In this document: piece after piece, positions 1 through 9,862 of the stretch | Layout: the number at the start of each line of letters is the position of its first letter | Numbering within the stretch: the stretch's first letter is position 1 | DNA from: an uncultured bacterium | Lineage (GTDB): Bacteria > Patescibacteriota > Minisyncoccia > Phycocordibacterales > UBA9973 | DNA length: 49,606 bases | Assembly: GCA_903929735.1 (NCBI GenBank) | Contig: CAIYVW010000043.1 | Location: 1 to 49,606, forward strand | Direction of reading: 5' to 3' | Notes under the pieces: model-generated | Seen by the model: only the letters and a program-made list of their open reading frames with translations | Told to the model about the DNA's origin: nothing | The model's database searches: none | Program-made: the position numbers and the translations under genes

Positions 1-30
1 AAAAACCACCAATAATTATTGGTGGTTTTT
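1..30. terminator. Palindromic intrinsic terminator, likely bidirectional
   Basis: AAAAACCACCAATAATTATTGGTGGTTTTT is a perfect inverted repeat just past the stop of the 47..463 gene. Confidence 0.75.
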
Positions 31-46
31 ATATAAGAATTATAAA

Positions 47-463
47 TTATTTCTTTGGGCAAGCTTTAATAGCAGCAGCATAATCACTCTTAGCTACTTT
101 TAGAGCAGCTGATAATGTTGAAGTTGCAGATTTAATAGCAGCTTTGTAGTCTTTGTTGGCAGCTTTAATGGCTAGTGCAGATGCTTTTTTGTCAGTATTT
201 GCTTTAGCTAGAGTCATAGCTCCATCTTTAGCTGTTTTAGCATCTAATTTGGCTTGTTTAGCGGCGTCAGTAGCTGCTTTGATAGCTGTAGCACGTGCTG
301 TTTTAGCATTTGCAATACAAGCCTTCTTTGTAACAGTACTAGTAGTTGTTGTAGTTCCTGTATTTGTTCCTGTTGTAGTTGTTGTTTCTGCAGCAAAAGC
401 TGTTCCTGTCAACATTATACCTAGAGCCAATACTGGGAAAATAAACTTAATTTTATTTGTCAT
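47..463 (-). CDS. Secreted Thr/Ala/Lys-rich low-complexity protein
   Basis: Signal peptide ending AFA, poly-Thr linker, helical Ala/Lys region bracketed by two Cys. Confidence 0.8.
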   Translation of the reverse strand: MTNKIKFIFPVLALGIMLTGTAFAAETTTTTGTNTGTTTTTSTVTKKACIANAKTARATAIKAATDAAKQAKLDAKTAKDGAMTLAKANTDKKASALAIKAANKDYKAAIKSATSTLSAALKVAKSDYAAAIKACPKK

Positions 464-541
464 ATTTTAAAAAAATTTAATATTAAATCGACCACTACTC
501 TTAGTACGCACTTGATCCTAGTTTTATCTCAAAATTAACTA

Positions 542-1153
542 TCATAAATTTTTATTTAGTCTATTTACGATTTTTTTCCAAAAAAGTGATATTCCTAATG
601 CAATTAAGGAAAATAGAAGAATAGTAAAGTTTCCAATAAGTTTACTTACAGCTTGCCAACTGTCCCCAAAAGAATAACCTATAATTGCGTAAAATAATAC
701 ACTAGAAAATGTTCCTATTATTTCATATATCATAAATTTTTTAAAAGTAGTCCTACCTAATCCACAAATAAAATTTATTGTAAGGGTAGATATAACTTCA
801 AAACGACTTAAGATTATTACAAAACCAGGTCTTTTGCTTATATTTCTTTCTATAATATTAAAATTCTTGGAATTTAATATTTTTTTTATAAAATATATTT
901 TAGATAATACTTTTTCTCCATATAATCTTGCCATCCAATATGATATATTATCTCCAATAAGATTTGCTAATATTACTACTATAAGGAGAGTAAAAAGATT
1001 AAAATAGCCTTGACTGGCAAAAGCAGCAGATGCTATGAGTAAAGTCCCAGCCGGAACAGGTATCGCTAAAGAAGCTAAAAATGTAATTATAAATATAGCC
1101 CAGTATTTATAGAGTAATACAAAAGGGAGAATAGCTTGGACGAGTAAATCCAT
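542..1153 (-). CDS. DedA/VTT family membrane protein
   Basis: ANLIGDNISYWMAR...YG and ILSRF motifs of DedA, multiple TM segments. Confidence 0.85.
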   Translation of the reverse strand: MDLLVQAILPFVLLYKYWAIFIITFLASLAIPVPAGTLLIASAAFASQGYFNLFTLLIVVILANLIGDNISYWMARLYGEKVLSKIYFIKKILNSKNFNIIERNISKRPGFVIILSRFEVISTLTINFICGLGRTTFKKFMIYEIIGTFSSVLFYAIIGYSFGDSWQAVSKLIGNFTILLFSLIALGISLFWKKIVNRLNKNL

Positions 1154-1154
1154 A

Positions 1155-1550
1155 TTAATTATTGTTTCGGTAGTTAATAATTAAACTTTTAATATCAGTA
1201 AGTAGTGATATGAGATTTATTTTATATTTTTTTGCATATTTGTCTATACGAATATTGGGATATCTTGAATCACTTATATTTAAATTTTTCTGAAAATAAG
1301 AAGGATTTAATCTAAATATTATATTTATATAATCAAAAGTCATCCAGGGTTGAATATTTTTTACTGCTAATTCTTTACTATAATATAATTTATGTTTATT
1401 TATACTATTTTCAATTTTTAGGTTACCATTTTTATTTAATTGTTTAAATGTAATTATTAACCATATTAATGAAATAAAACATACTATTAATAGTATTATA
1501 TTGTAATATATTTTTTTTGTAGCACATTTATTTTTATCAAAAATTTTCAT
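1155..1550 (-). CDS. Hypothetical single-pass membrane protein, translationally adjacent to DedA
   Basis: N-terminal TM segment, IQPWMTFDYIN motif, 1-nt gap to the DedA gene. Confidence 0.7.
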   Translation of the reverse strand: MKIFDKNKCATKKIYYNIILLIVCFISLIWLIITFKQLNKNGNLKIENSINKHKLYYSKELAVKNIQPWMTFDYINIIFRLNPSYFQKNLNISDSRYPNIRIDKYAKKYKINLISLLTDIKSLIINYRNNN

Positions 1551-1675
1551 ATGATTTATTTTTTACTATTACATCAGTTAAATTTGTTTAATTATAACAT
1601 ACTTTTTTAATTGCTATTTATAGAATATATGTTATATTTACAAAAAATATTCTTTAAAAAACATAAAATTTTAGT

Positions 1676-2530
1676 ATGAGACAATTAAAAATCTTAAAAT
1701 CTATTACGAACAATGAAAGTCCTTCTTTGTATAAATACTTTAACGAAATTTCTAAGGTAAGTTTACTTTCCGTTGAAGAAGAGCTTGACTTGATAGTGAA
1801 AATAAAAAAAGGTGATAATGTTGCTTTTGAAAAATTTATTAAGTCGAATTTACTTTTTGTAGTTTCAGTAGCTAAACAATACCAGAATTTAGGATTATCT
1901 TTACCAGATCTTATAAATGAGGGAAACTTAGGTTTAATAAATGCTGTAAATAAATTTGATGAAACGAGAGGTTTTAAATTTATTTCTTATGCAGTTTGGT
2001 GGATCAGAGAATCTATAATGAGAGCTTTATCTCAAGAATCTATAATTCGTACCCCTATAAATTATATATCCTTGAAACATAAAATTAATAAAAAGAAGGA
2101 AGAGTATTTTAAAAAACATGAAAGAATTCCTTCTTCTTTTGAGTTATCTCAAGAGTTAAAGATAAAAGAAAAAGATATACAAAATTATTTATCTGTGTCT
2201 ATCGGATGTATTTCTTTAAATTATCCTATTGGTACTGACGGAGGTTCTATTATAGATATATTAATAAACGAAGAATCTGTTATACCAGATAGAGCTTTAA
2301 TGTATGAATCTCTTAAGAAAGAAATAAATATGATACTCAAAGAGCTCTCTAGTAAAGAAGCTTTTGTTTTACGTATGTATTTTGGTCTTGATTGTGATAA
2401 TTTGACTTCTGAACAAATAGCAGACCGTTTAGGTTTAACTTTTACAAGAGTTGACCAAATAAGGAGAGAAGCAATAGATAAGATTAAAAAAACGGAAAAA
2501 TTTATTATATTAAAATCTTATTTAGGTTAA
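1676..2530 (+). CDS. RNA polymerase sigma-70 factor (RpoD/SigA-like, lacking region 1.1; Bacteroidota-like N-terminus)
   Basis: DLINEGNLGL, KFDETRGFKFISYAVWWIR (regions 2.2-2.4), region 4 HTH; starts MRQLKI. Confidence 0.9.
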   Translation: MRQLKILKSITNNESPSLYKYFNEISKVSLLSVEEELDLIVKIKKGDNVAFEKFIKSNLLFVVSVAKQYQNLGLSLPDLINEGNLGLINAVNKFDETRGFKFISYAVWWIRESIMRALSQESIIRTPINYISLKHKINKKKEEYFKKHERIPSSFELSQELKIKEKDIQNYLSVSIGCISLNYPIGTDGGSIIDILINEESVIPDRALMYESLKKEINMILKELSSKEAFVLRMYFGLDCDNLTSEQIADRLGLTFTRVDQIRREAIDKIKKTEKFIILKSYLG

Positions 2531-2539
2531 AAATTTATT

Positions 2540-2565
2540 GGCCTCACTTTAAGTGAGGCCTTTTT
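2540..2565 (+). terminator. Intrinsic terminator of the sigma gene
   Basis: GGCCTCACTT/AAGTGAGGCC stem followed by TTTTT. Confidence 0.8.
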
Positions 2566-2666
2566 AATTTCTTATTTAGGTTTTTTTATCATATTAGGTT
2601 ATAATAGTTAAATCTTATTAATAATATGATTGTCTTAAATTAATTTAGACAAATCTAATAATATAT

Positions 2667-2792
2667 ATGGCCAAAAGAGAAACAGGGCTTAAACCCCACA
2701 AAAAGTCACCAAGATCGCATAAAACAGTAAAACGTTTAGCTGTCAAGAAAGTTATGCTAGCTAAGAAAGTCGGTAAATCAAAATCTAAATAA
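2667..2792 (+). CDS. Small basic protein, 41 aa (MAKRETGLKPHKKSPRSHKTVKRLAVKKVMLAKKVGKSKSK)
   Basis: Hand-translated ORF below the track cutoff; higher GC than its flanks; TATAAT at 2600-2605 upstream and a palindrome downstream. Confidence 0.7.
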   Translation: MAKRETGLKPHKKSPRSHKTVKRLAVKKVMLAKKVGKSKSK

Positions 2793-2841
2793 CTTCTATA
2801 ATAAAACACTCCATCTGGAGTGTTTTATTATAGAAGTTATT
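2788..2841. terminator. Perfect 26-bp-arm inverted repeat, probable terminator
   Basis: AATAACTTCTATAATAAAACACTCCA-TC-TGGAGTGTTTTATTATAGAAGTTATT. Confidence 0.7.
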
Positions 2842-2878
2842 AATGATTTTTTCATCAAAAAATGTTATTATCTGTCAT

Positions 2879-3247
2879 ATGAAATATACAAAACGTATAA
2901 TGAAATTTTTAAATCACTTAAACTTGAAAATAAGACATAATTTAAGTCATTGGCCAGTTCTTTATGCTTTTATTGGTAGTATTGGTGTTGTTTTAATATG
3001 GAGAGGGGTTTGGAAAATAGCAGATGACATAATGATGCCTGGATGGCTATCGATGTTTTTAGGGGTATTATTATCTCTTTCAACAGGTTTATTTGTATCC
3101 TTTTTTGTTGGTGATCAGATAATAATATCTGGTATTAAAAGGGAAAAAAGAATTGATGAAAAAACAGAAGCAGAAATAAAGAAAGAAGAAATTACATTAG
3201 ATGAAATAAAAGAGGATTTATCTAGGATAGAAAAGGAAATTAAATAA
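2879..3247 (+). CDS. Hypothetical two-TM membrane protein with charged C-terminal coil
   Basis: Track ORF 2843..3247; start moved to ATG 2879 because TGT-TATTAT lies 7 nt upstream of it. Confidence 0.75.
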   Translation: MKYTKRIMKFLNHLNLKIRHNLSHWPVLYAFIGSIGVVLIWRGVWKIADDIMMPGWLSMFLGVLLSLSTGLFVSFFVGDQIIISGIKREKRIDEKTEAEIKKEEITLDEIKEDLSRIEKEIK

Positions 3248-3289
3248 TATGTTTTTAGTAAAAATTATAAATTTATCTGTATTATCTAA

Positions 3290-4783
3290 ATGAACAATCT
3301 ACCTATTACTTTATCTGTTATACCATTTTTATTTTTTGTATTTTTCTTAATAATAAATAAAACTTCTCTTTTAAAAGCTTCGGTTATTACTTTGGTTTTG
3401 TATACTTTACTTGCATTATTTTACTGGAAAATGATTCCTAGCCTTTTTTATGTTTCTTATGCAAAAGGATTTATGGTAGCTTTTGATATTTTTATCATAA
3501 TATTCGGAGCTATATTCTTCTTAGAAGTACTAAATGATTTAAAGATAATAAATAATATTTCTTATTATTTAGAACATTTTTCAAAGGATTATAGAGTACA
3601 GATAATAGTTATAGCTTGGTTCTTTGAAGCTTTTTTAGAAGGTACAGCTGGTTTTGGAACTCCAGCTGCTATAGCAGTGCCTTTATTAATAGGTTTAGGT
3701 TTACCTCCAATAAGAGCTTTAGTTGTTGGACTACTAGGCAATAGTACTGCTGGTGTTTTTGGGGCAGCTGGTACTCCTATAAATGTAGGTTTTGCTGGCT
3801 TAAAATTTGGATTAGTTCCATCTATGGCAGCTATGATTAACTGTGTTGGTTTTATTGTGCCAATTTTTATGCTCTGGGTTATTACTGAAGATAGAAAAAA
3901 TAGAAAATATGAATTTCTAAATGCTTTACCATTTGCAATATGGTCAGGTATTTTATTTGTAATTCCTTCATTTATTATTTCATTATTCTGGCCTGAGTTT
4001 CCTTCAATTATTGGTTCTTTAGTAGGTATTATTTTAATAATGATTACTACTAAGCTTGGTTTGTTTGTTCCTAAAGAAATATTAAGTCTAAAAAATGAAA
4101 AAGAATTAATTTCTACTATGTCACCATTTAAATCTTTCTTGCCATATCTGATTTTAGTATTTTCCCTTATTTTAGGAAAAATTTTCTTTGGGAGTATTGG
4201 AATACCTATTAAATTGGGATTTACACACATATTTAATTTATTTAATCCTGGTTTTGCTTTTATCATCTCTGGAGTTTTAGTTGCTCTAATTTGGAGAAGT
4301 AAAAAAGAAATAATAAAAGATTCAGTAAAATCTGCGATAAAGGGAGCTGTGGGACCATTCTTTGTGATAGTTTCTATGCTAGCTATGGTTCAAGTGATGA
4401 TAAATTCTGGTCAAAATTCATCAGGTCTTCCTTCTGCTATTATCGTAATTGCTAAGTTTTTCGAAACTTCTTTTTTGCCATTTTTTGCCCCATTTATTGG
4501 AGCTTTTGGTGGGTTTATAACAGGTAGTGTAACTGTTTCAAATATTTTATTTGGGCATTTATTTTTTACTGCTGCAACAGGATTAAATTTAAATACACAA
4601 TTTATTCTATCTCTGGGAGTTGTAGGAGCGGCAGCAGGTAATATGATAGCCTTAGCTGATATATTAACAGCTGAGGCTGTTGTTGGTGTTAAAAATCAGG
4701 AAAGACAAATATTAAAAGGAGTTTTTGTTCCATGTCTTATTTATTTAATTTTAGTAGGTATTATAGGAATGATATTTTTGTAA
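3290..4783 (+). CDS. L-lactate permease family transporter
   Basis: FLEGTAGFGTPAAI, FGAAGTP and GGFITGSVTVSNILF motifs of LctP; about 13 hydrophobic segments. Confidence 0.85.
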   Translation: MNNLPITLSVIPFLFFVFFLIINKTSLLKASVITLVLYTLLALFYWKMIPSLFYVSYAKGFMVAFDIFIIIFGAIFFLEVLNDLKIINNISYYLEHFSKDYRVQIIVIAWFFEAFLEGTAGFGTPAAIAVPLLIGLGLPPIRALVVGLLGNSTAGVFGAAGTPINVGFAGLKFGLVPSMAAMINCVGFIVPIFMLWVITEDRKNRKYEFLNALPFAIWSGILFVIPSFIISLFWPEFPSIIGSLVGIILIMITTKLGLFVPKEILSLKNEKELISTMSPFKSFLPYLILVFSLILGKIFFGSIGIPIKLGFTHIFNLFNPGFAFIISGVLVALIWRSKKEIIKDSVKSAIKGAVGPFFVIVSMLAMVQVMINSGQNSSGLPSAIIVIAKFFETSFLPFFAPFIGAFGGFITGSVTVSNILFGHLFFTAATGLNLNTQFILSLGVVGAAAGNMIALADILTAEAVVGVKNQERQILKGVFVPCLIYLILVGIIGMIFL

Positions 4784-4786
4784 TTT

Positions 4787-5023
4787 ATGTATATAAAAAT
4801 TAAAGTGGAAGTAGGTAGTAAAAAAGAGAAAATAATTAAAAAAGGGGATATCAGATATGAAATAAAAGTTAAAGAACCAGCTGAGAGGAACCTTGCTAAT
4901 ACACGCATTCGTGAAATAATAGCTAGTATTTATAAGATTAATATAAAATCTACCCGTATTATAAGTGGACATCAAAGTCAAAATAAGATAATTTCAGTTA
5001 ATTTGCCTGAAAATTTGCTATAA
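4787..5023 (+). CDS. DUF167/YggU family protein
   Basis: VKEPAERNLAN and IISGHQSQNK motifs. Confidence 0.85.
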   Translation: MYIKIKVEVGSKKEKIIKKGDIRYEIKVKEPAERNLANTRIREIIASIYKINIKSTRIISGHQSQNKIISVNLPENLL

Positions 5024-5055
5024 TGTAAGTATTATTAATAATCTATTATTAAAAT

Positions 5056-5439
5056 ATGACTACAAATATAAAAGGAACTAATATGGAGTTAACATTAGCT
5101 ATTAGTGATTATATTAATAAAAAGACTGAATCTATAAATAAGTTTGTTTCAGAAGGAGAAGAATTATCTATCTATGTAGAAGTAGGAAAGACTACAAACC
5201 ATCATAAACAAGGAAATTTTTATAAAGCTGAATTTGATGTGCAGATTAATGGAGAAAAGTTTTTTACTGATTCAGAAAAAAGTGATTTATATAAAGCAAT
5301 TGATGATGCAAAAGATGAAGTTGTCAGAAAAATAAAAAGTAATAAAAAAAGAAAAAATACTCTTTTTAAAAGAGGAGCTATAAGCTTGAAGAAAATGGTT
5401 AAAGGTATATCAAGTAGAAATCCTTTTACATCTAAATAG
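5056..5439 (+). CDS. hpf: Ribosome hibernation factor HPF/RaiA (short form)
   Basis: NIKGTNMELTLAISDYINKK...DLYKAID pattern. Confidence 0.88.
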   Translation: MTTNIKGTNMELTLAISDYINKKTESINKFVSEGEELSIYVEVGKTTNHHKQGNFYKAEFDVQINGEKFFTDSEKSDLYKAIDDAKDEVVRKIKSNKKRKNTLFKRGAISLKKMVKGISSRNPFTSK

Positions 5440-5444
5440 TAACA

Positions 5445-6299
5445 TTAATTCCATTTTAGGAATTCCTCGTAACTTATTTCTTTTCTACCTTCAGGAACAA
5501 CTCGTTTTATTATAAACGAGTTGTTTTCATAATTAGCTTCAGTTATTTTTACTCTAATCTTTTTTCCTTTTTTAATTATATAAAAAAATACATTAGGCCA
5601 ACCATAAAAAGCTCTATATTTATTCCAGTTTTCTTTTCCATTACCATTTATATCTATTTCTCCGTCTTCCTTTTTAATTTTTTTGCAAAATGTAGCTCTA
5701 CTTTCATCTTGAGGTTTTGGTTTTAATTCTTTATTTATTATCTTTGGTAGAATATCACATAGAACTTTTCCTCCTAAGTTTACTAATTGATTTTTGATCT
5801 CTTCTTTTGTTGTTTCTGTTGGAATTTCAATTTCACTTTCTGCCAATATAGGACCACTATCTAATTTCCATTCCATTTGTTGTATGCTTATGCCTGTTTT
5901 TGAGTCCCCGTTTAGGAAAGAAGCTTCCAGAGGGGATGCTCCTCTCCATAAAGGAAGAAGGGAGTAATGTATATTAATAGTTCCTAACTTCGGAGTTTTT
6001 ATTAGTAATTCTGGTAAAATTTTTCCATAAGCAACTACGATAAATAAATCTAAATTTAATTTATTTAGTTCTTCTGTGAATTCACCAGTAATTTTATCTG
6101 GCTTTATACATTTTATATTATTTAAATTTGCCCAGGTACTTACGGGAGTTTCTTTCATCATTAGGCCTCTACCTGAGGGTGTGTCAGGAGAAGTAATAAT
6201 TAATTCAGGGATATATCCGTTATCTTTTAATATAGATAAAGTTTTACTAGCTATTTCTGGAGTGCCAAAGTATGCAAATTTTAAATTATTGTTTGGCAT
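5445..6299 (-). CDS. fmt: Methionyl-tRNA formyltransferase
   Basis: FGTPE, VVAYGKIL, NIHYSLLPLWRGASP, LDSGPI; adjacent to def. Confidence 0.95.
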   Translation of the reverse strand: MPNNNLKFAYFGTPEIASKTLSILKDNGYIPELIITSPDTPSGRGLMMKETPVSTWANLNNIKCIKPDKITGEFTEELNKLNLDLFIVVAYGKILPELLIKTPKLGTINIHYSLLPLWRGASPLEASFLNGDSKTGISIQQMEWKLDSGPILAESEIEIPTETTKEEIKNQLVNLGGKVLCDILPKIINKELKPKPQDESRATFCKKIKKEDGEIDINGNGKENWNKYRAFYGWPNVFFYIIKKGKKIRVKITEANYENNSFIIKRVVPEGRKEISYEEFLKWN

Positions 6300-6310
6300 T
6301 TTGTTTAAAA

Positions 6311-6856
6311 TTAATTAAGTAATTCATCTAAGGATTCGTGTATATCTTTTGCTTTATCTATAAATAGAATGCCGTCTAAATGGTCTGTTTCATGTTGAAA
6401 TATATGAGCAAGTAAACCACTTGCACTCTTCGTAAATTTCTTACCATCCTCATCATAAGCTTCTACTGTTGCTCTTGTTGCTCGACGAACTTTTCCGTAT
6501 AAGGGTCTGACAGATAGACATCCTTCTGAAAGTAGTTTTCTATCCTTGGACATTTTTTTTAATATAGGATTTATGAAAACTATATCACTTTGTCGTGCTT
6601 TCTTGTATAAGTCACCCTCGATAGAACTTTTCTCTCTTATAAAATCTTCATCGAATATTCTTCCAGATACTACAAATATTCTTAATGATACTCCAATCTG
6701 AGGAGCTGCAATAGCAACTCCATCACTTTGAGAATCTAAAGCCAGTATCATATCTCTTATAATGGATTTGATCTTTGGTTTTGTTATATCGGTTACTGGA
6801 ACTTCTTTCGAGACTATACGTAAGACTGGATTTTCGCTTTGAATAATTTCAACCAT
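6311..6856 (-). CDS. def: Peptide deformylase
   Basis: GVAIAAPQIG, EGCLS, QHETDHLDG. Confidence 0.97.
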   Translation of the reverse strand: MVEIIQSENPVLRIVSKEVPVTDITKPKIKSIIRDMILALDSQSDGVAIAAPQIGVSLRIFVVSGRIFDEDFIREKSSIEGDLYKKARQSDIVFINPILKKMSKDRKLLSEGCLSVRPLYGKVRRATRATVEAYDEDGKKFTKSASGLLAHIFQHETDHLDGILFIDKAKDIHESLDELLN

Positions 6857-6860
6857 ATTT

Positions 6861-8138
6861 TTATTTTAGATTTTTAATATATTCTAGCAACTCGGGTAGC
6901 TTAACTGTATCTTGAGATCGATTGCTCATATCTCTAAAGATTACTGTATTATCCATTACTTCTTTTTGACCATAGATTATTGCATATCTCATTCCTAGTT
7001 TTTCTGCTACTGCTAACTGTGCTCCCAAATTATCCTTAGAGATAGACTGAGCTATGGCAACTTTACCCTTACGAAGAATTTCAATAACATTTAAAGATTT
7101 TAACTTAGCATCAAAACCAAGTTGTATGAAATATATTTTAGGTTTTTTGATTATTCTTGGAGAAAGTTTGGCAAACCAAGGTGATTCAACAACTCTATCT
7201 ACTCCTATAGCAATACCAACAGCAGGAACATCCTTTTTACCTCCTAATTGCTTACCTAAGTAGTCATAACGTCCTCCTCCAGCTATAGTTATCTTTTTAC
7301 CTGTTTCTTCGTCATCTACCATTATTTCAACAACAGTTCTAGTGTAGTATGAAAGACCACGAACCAGACACTTGTTTATATTGTAAGGTATTTCCATTTT
7401 TTCAAGATATTCTAATACTTCTTTGAAATGTTTTTTACAAGCAGGACAGAGATGAGAAAGAGTATCAGGAGCATTTTGATTTAGCTCTATGGTTTTCTCT
7501 TCTTTTGAATCTAAAATACGAAGTGGATTAGTTTTTAGTCTTTCTCTGTCTATAGCAGGAAGAATGTTTATATTTTTCTTATAGAAAGATACTAGTTCTT
7601 TTATATAAGAAGAACGGCACTCTTTGTCTCCAATAGAATTTATATCAACTGTTAGATTTTTGGCTCCGGCTTCTTCTAGTATCGTCCATGTTGTTTTAAT
7701 TACCAAAGCATCTAAAATACTTTTTTCACTTCCAAGAGCATCTAAATCAAATTGTGAAAATTGACGGTAACGTCCTTTTTGGGGATTGTCATGTCTAAAG
7801 CTAGGTCCATAAGTGTAGAAAAGTAAAGGTTGTGGTAAAGATTGCATACCATGTTCTATATAGCTTCTCATGAGACCTGCAGTGTGTTCAGGCCTTAATG
7901 CTAAATGGTCTCCACCTTTAGTTTTAAGTGTATACATTTCTTTATCTATAATATCTGTACCTTCTCCAATAGAAGATGTAAAAACTCCTTCTTGTTCGAC
8001 AATAGGTGTACTAATAGGTTTAAAACCATAATAAACAGATATCTCTTGTGCTTTTTCGAAGAAACCTTGAAAGTGGTAGTATTCTTCGTCTATGATGTCT
8101 CTCATTCCCTTTAGGGATAAAAATGGATCTTTGCTCAT
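6861..8138 (-). CDS. hisS: Histidine--tRNA ligase
   Basis: KGMRD, LRPEHTAG, PQKGRYRQFSQ, LVRGLSYYT, GGGRYD. Confidence 0.97.
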   Translation of the reverse strand: MSKDPFLSLKGMRDIIDEEYYHFQGFFEKAQEISVYYGFKPISTPIVEQEGVFTSSIGEGTDIIDKEMYTLKTKGGDHLALRPEHTAGLMRSYIEHGMQSLPQPLLFYTYGPSFRHDNPQKGRYRQFSQFDLDALGSEKSILDALVIKTTWTILEEAGAKNLTVDINSIGDKECRSSYIKELVSFYKKNINILPAIDRERLKTNPLRILDSKEEKTIELNQNAPDTLSHLCPACKKHFKEVLEYLEKMEIPYNINKCLVRGLSYYTRTVVEIMVDDEETGKKITIAGGGRYDYLGKQLGGKKDVPAVGIAIGVDRVVESPWFAKLSPRIIKKPKIYFIQLGFDAKLKSLNVIEILRKGKVAIAQSISKDNLGAQLAVAEKLGMRYAIIYGQKEVMDNTVIFRDMSNRSQDTVKLPELLEYIKNLK

Positions 8139-8143
8139 ATTAA

Positions 8144-8740
8144 TTATTGGTTAAAAACACCTGGTAAATAAGAAGCTGTCTTTAATGGTAGTAATCTTAA
8201 GAAAGCTCTACCTATTAATAACTTTTTAGGAAGTAATCCCCATGTTCTTGAATCAGAACTTCTGTTTCGGTTATCTCCCATTACAAAGTATTCGTCATTT
8301 CCTATTGTGATAATTTGAGTGGTATCAAATGGTTCATCTATGTATGGTTCGTCTAATAATTTTCCTACGCAATCAGTTGTATTTCCACAAGAGTAAACTG
8401 TAACTTTTCCATTTTCTATCTTAACTGTTTCATTAGGTAAACCTATTATTCTTTTAATAAAGAAACGAGATGTGTCTCCTGGGTATCTAAACACTACAAC
8501 ATCCCCTCTATGAGCTGAACCTATAATATAAGAAAGTTCATCTACTATTAAATATTGACCATTATCGAAAGTAGGGAACATAGATTCACCAGATACTATA
8601 AAAGGTTGTGCAACCCACATACGTATAGGAATAACTATAACTAAAGCAATGATAGCAAATTTAAGAAGTTCCCATCCACTTTCTAAAAATTCATTAAGTT
8701 TCGTTTTTGTTGGCACATTTCCATTTAAATTATTTTCCAT
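8144..8740 (-). CDS. lepB: Signal peptidase I
   Basis: SGESMFPT, FIKRIIGLP, GDNRNRSSDSR. Confidence 0.95.
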   Translation of the reverse strand: MENNLNGNVPTKTKLNEFLESGWELLKFAIIALVIVIPIRMWVAQPFIVSGESMFPTFDNGQYLIVDELSYIIGSAHRGDVVVFRYPGDTSRFFIKRIIGLPNETVKIENGKVTVYSCGNTTDCVGKLLDEPYIDEPFDTTQIITIGNDEYFVMGDNRNRSSDSRTWGLLPKKLLIGRAFLRLLPLKTASYLPGVFNQ

Positions 8741-8952
8741 ATATGCGCTATTTTAGCATATAAATTATATTGACAGAATATGTTTTAGTGTGTTGTGGTA
8801 TAATATTTTGTAATTAAAATGAATTCTGTAAAAGTAAAAATATAATTTAAACGAAAAATTTGCTTTATTTTTTTAATGCTGACTTTTATAATACATTTCT
8901 AATTAATTATTTAATTTCGTAATTATAGTTATTTTATGATAATATAAAACTT

Positions 8953-9540
8953 ATGATGTTAATTGTTGGTCTTGGAAACCCAGGAAAAGAATATGAGAAT
9001 ACTCGTCATAATGCTGGACGAATTATTTTAGAAAAAATTGCTAAAGCAAATGATTTTATGGATTGGAAAGATGATATGAAATTGAAATCTTTCCGATCTA
9101 AAGGAGAACTTAATAGAGAAAAAGTAGAATTTTTATTACCTAATACTTTTATGAATAATTCAGGTATAGCTGTTTGTCAGATCATTGATAATCCTAAGAA
9201 ATTGAAGAATCTAGTAGTTGTCTATGATGACATGGATTTGCCTGTTGGAAGTTTAAAGATCTCATTCAATAGAAGTTCTGGTGGTCACAATGGTCTTGAA
9301 TCTGTAATAAAGAAGGTTAAATCTCGCGAATTTGTGCGTATTCGTATCGGTGTCTGTCCGGTAACTCCTACAGGTAAATTCAAAAAACCAAAAGGGGAAG
9401 AAGCAGTATTGAAATTCTTACTAGGTGTCTTTAAAGAAGATGAATTAAAAATAGTTAAAAATCAAGCTAAAAAAGTTACTGAAATTATAACGATGCTTTC
9501 TGCTGAAGGGAAAGATAAAGCGATGACGTTGTTTAATTAA
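8953..9540 (+). CDS. pth: Peptidyl-tRNA hydrolase
   Basis: LIVGLGNPG..Y..TRHNAG, FMNNSG, GGHNGL. Confidence 0.96.
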   Translation: MMLIVGLGNPGKEYENTRHNAGRIILEKIAKANDFMDWKDDMKLKSFRSKGELNREKVEFLLPNTFMNNSGIAVCQIIDNPKKLKNLVVVYDDMDLPVGSLKISFNRSSGGHNGLESVIKKVKSREFVRIRIGVCPVTPTGKFKKPKGEEAVLKFLLGVFKEDELKIVKNQAKKVTEIITMLSAEGKDKAMTLFN

Positions 9541-9551
9541 TAGAAAATAAT

Positions 9552-9854
9552 ATGAAAAATATAGATGTTAATGTAAGATTTGTTATATTAGGAATTCTCG
9601 GTACAGTTAATATTTTTTTTAAAAGTATACTTTTAGGAATTATTTCTCTTTATCCAATAACGATTTTGGGTTTTTGGGCATTAAGCGGTTTATTAGGATC
9701 ATTCCCTAATTTTACAAGTATAAATCAAATGGAAGCTGGCCAAAATATTATTATCGTTTATTTCAAAAAGATTTTAACTATTTTTACTAAATTTATATTA
9801 GCAATGTTATCTTTTTCCTTGCCTTTTGTAATTTACTTATATTTAAAACCATGA
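9552..9854 (+). CDS. Hypothetical membrane protein
   Basis: Hydrophobic ORF between pth and a terminator. Confidence 0.6.
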   Translation: MKNIDVNVRFVILGILGTVNIFFKSILLGIISLYPITILGFWALSGLLGSFPNFTSINQMEAGQNIIIVYFKKILTIFTKFILAMLSFSLPFVIYLYLKP

Positions 9855-9862
9855 AAATATGG

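Noticed and set aside
153..470. 105-aa plus-strand ORF
   Set aside because: Antisense shadow of the low-complexity 47..463 gene, which has a signal peptide and terminator.
3589..4266. 225-aa minus-strand ORF
   Set aside because: Antisense to the lactate permease with no recognisable motifs. The same applies to the other short antisense or nested ORFs over fmt, hisS, rpsA, gyrA, the pilins, gpmI, ftsZ, ftsA, priA, rseP, typA and mltG.
8770..8850. TTGACA and TGG-TATAAT motifs with a tiny downstream ORF between lepB and pth
   Set aside because: The spacer is about 22 nt and the ORF only 8 codons; not distinguishable from AT-rich background.
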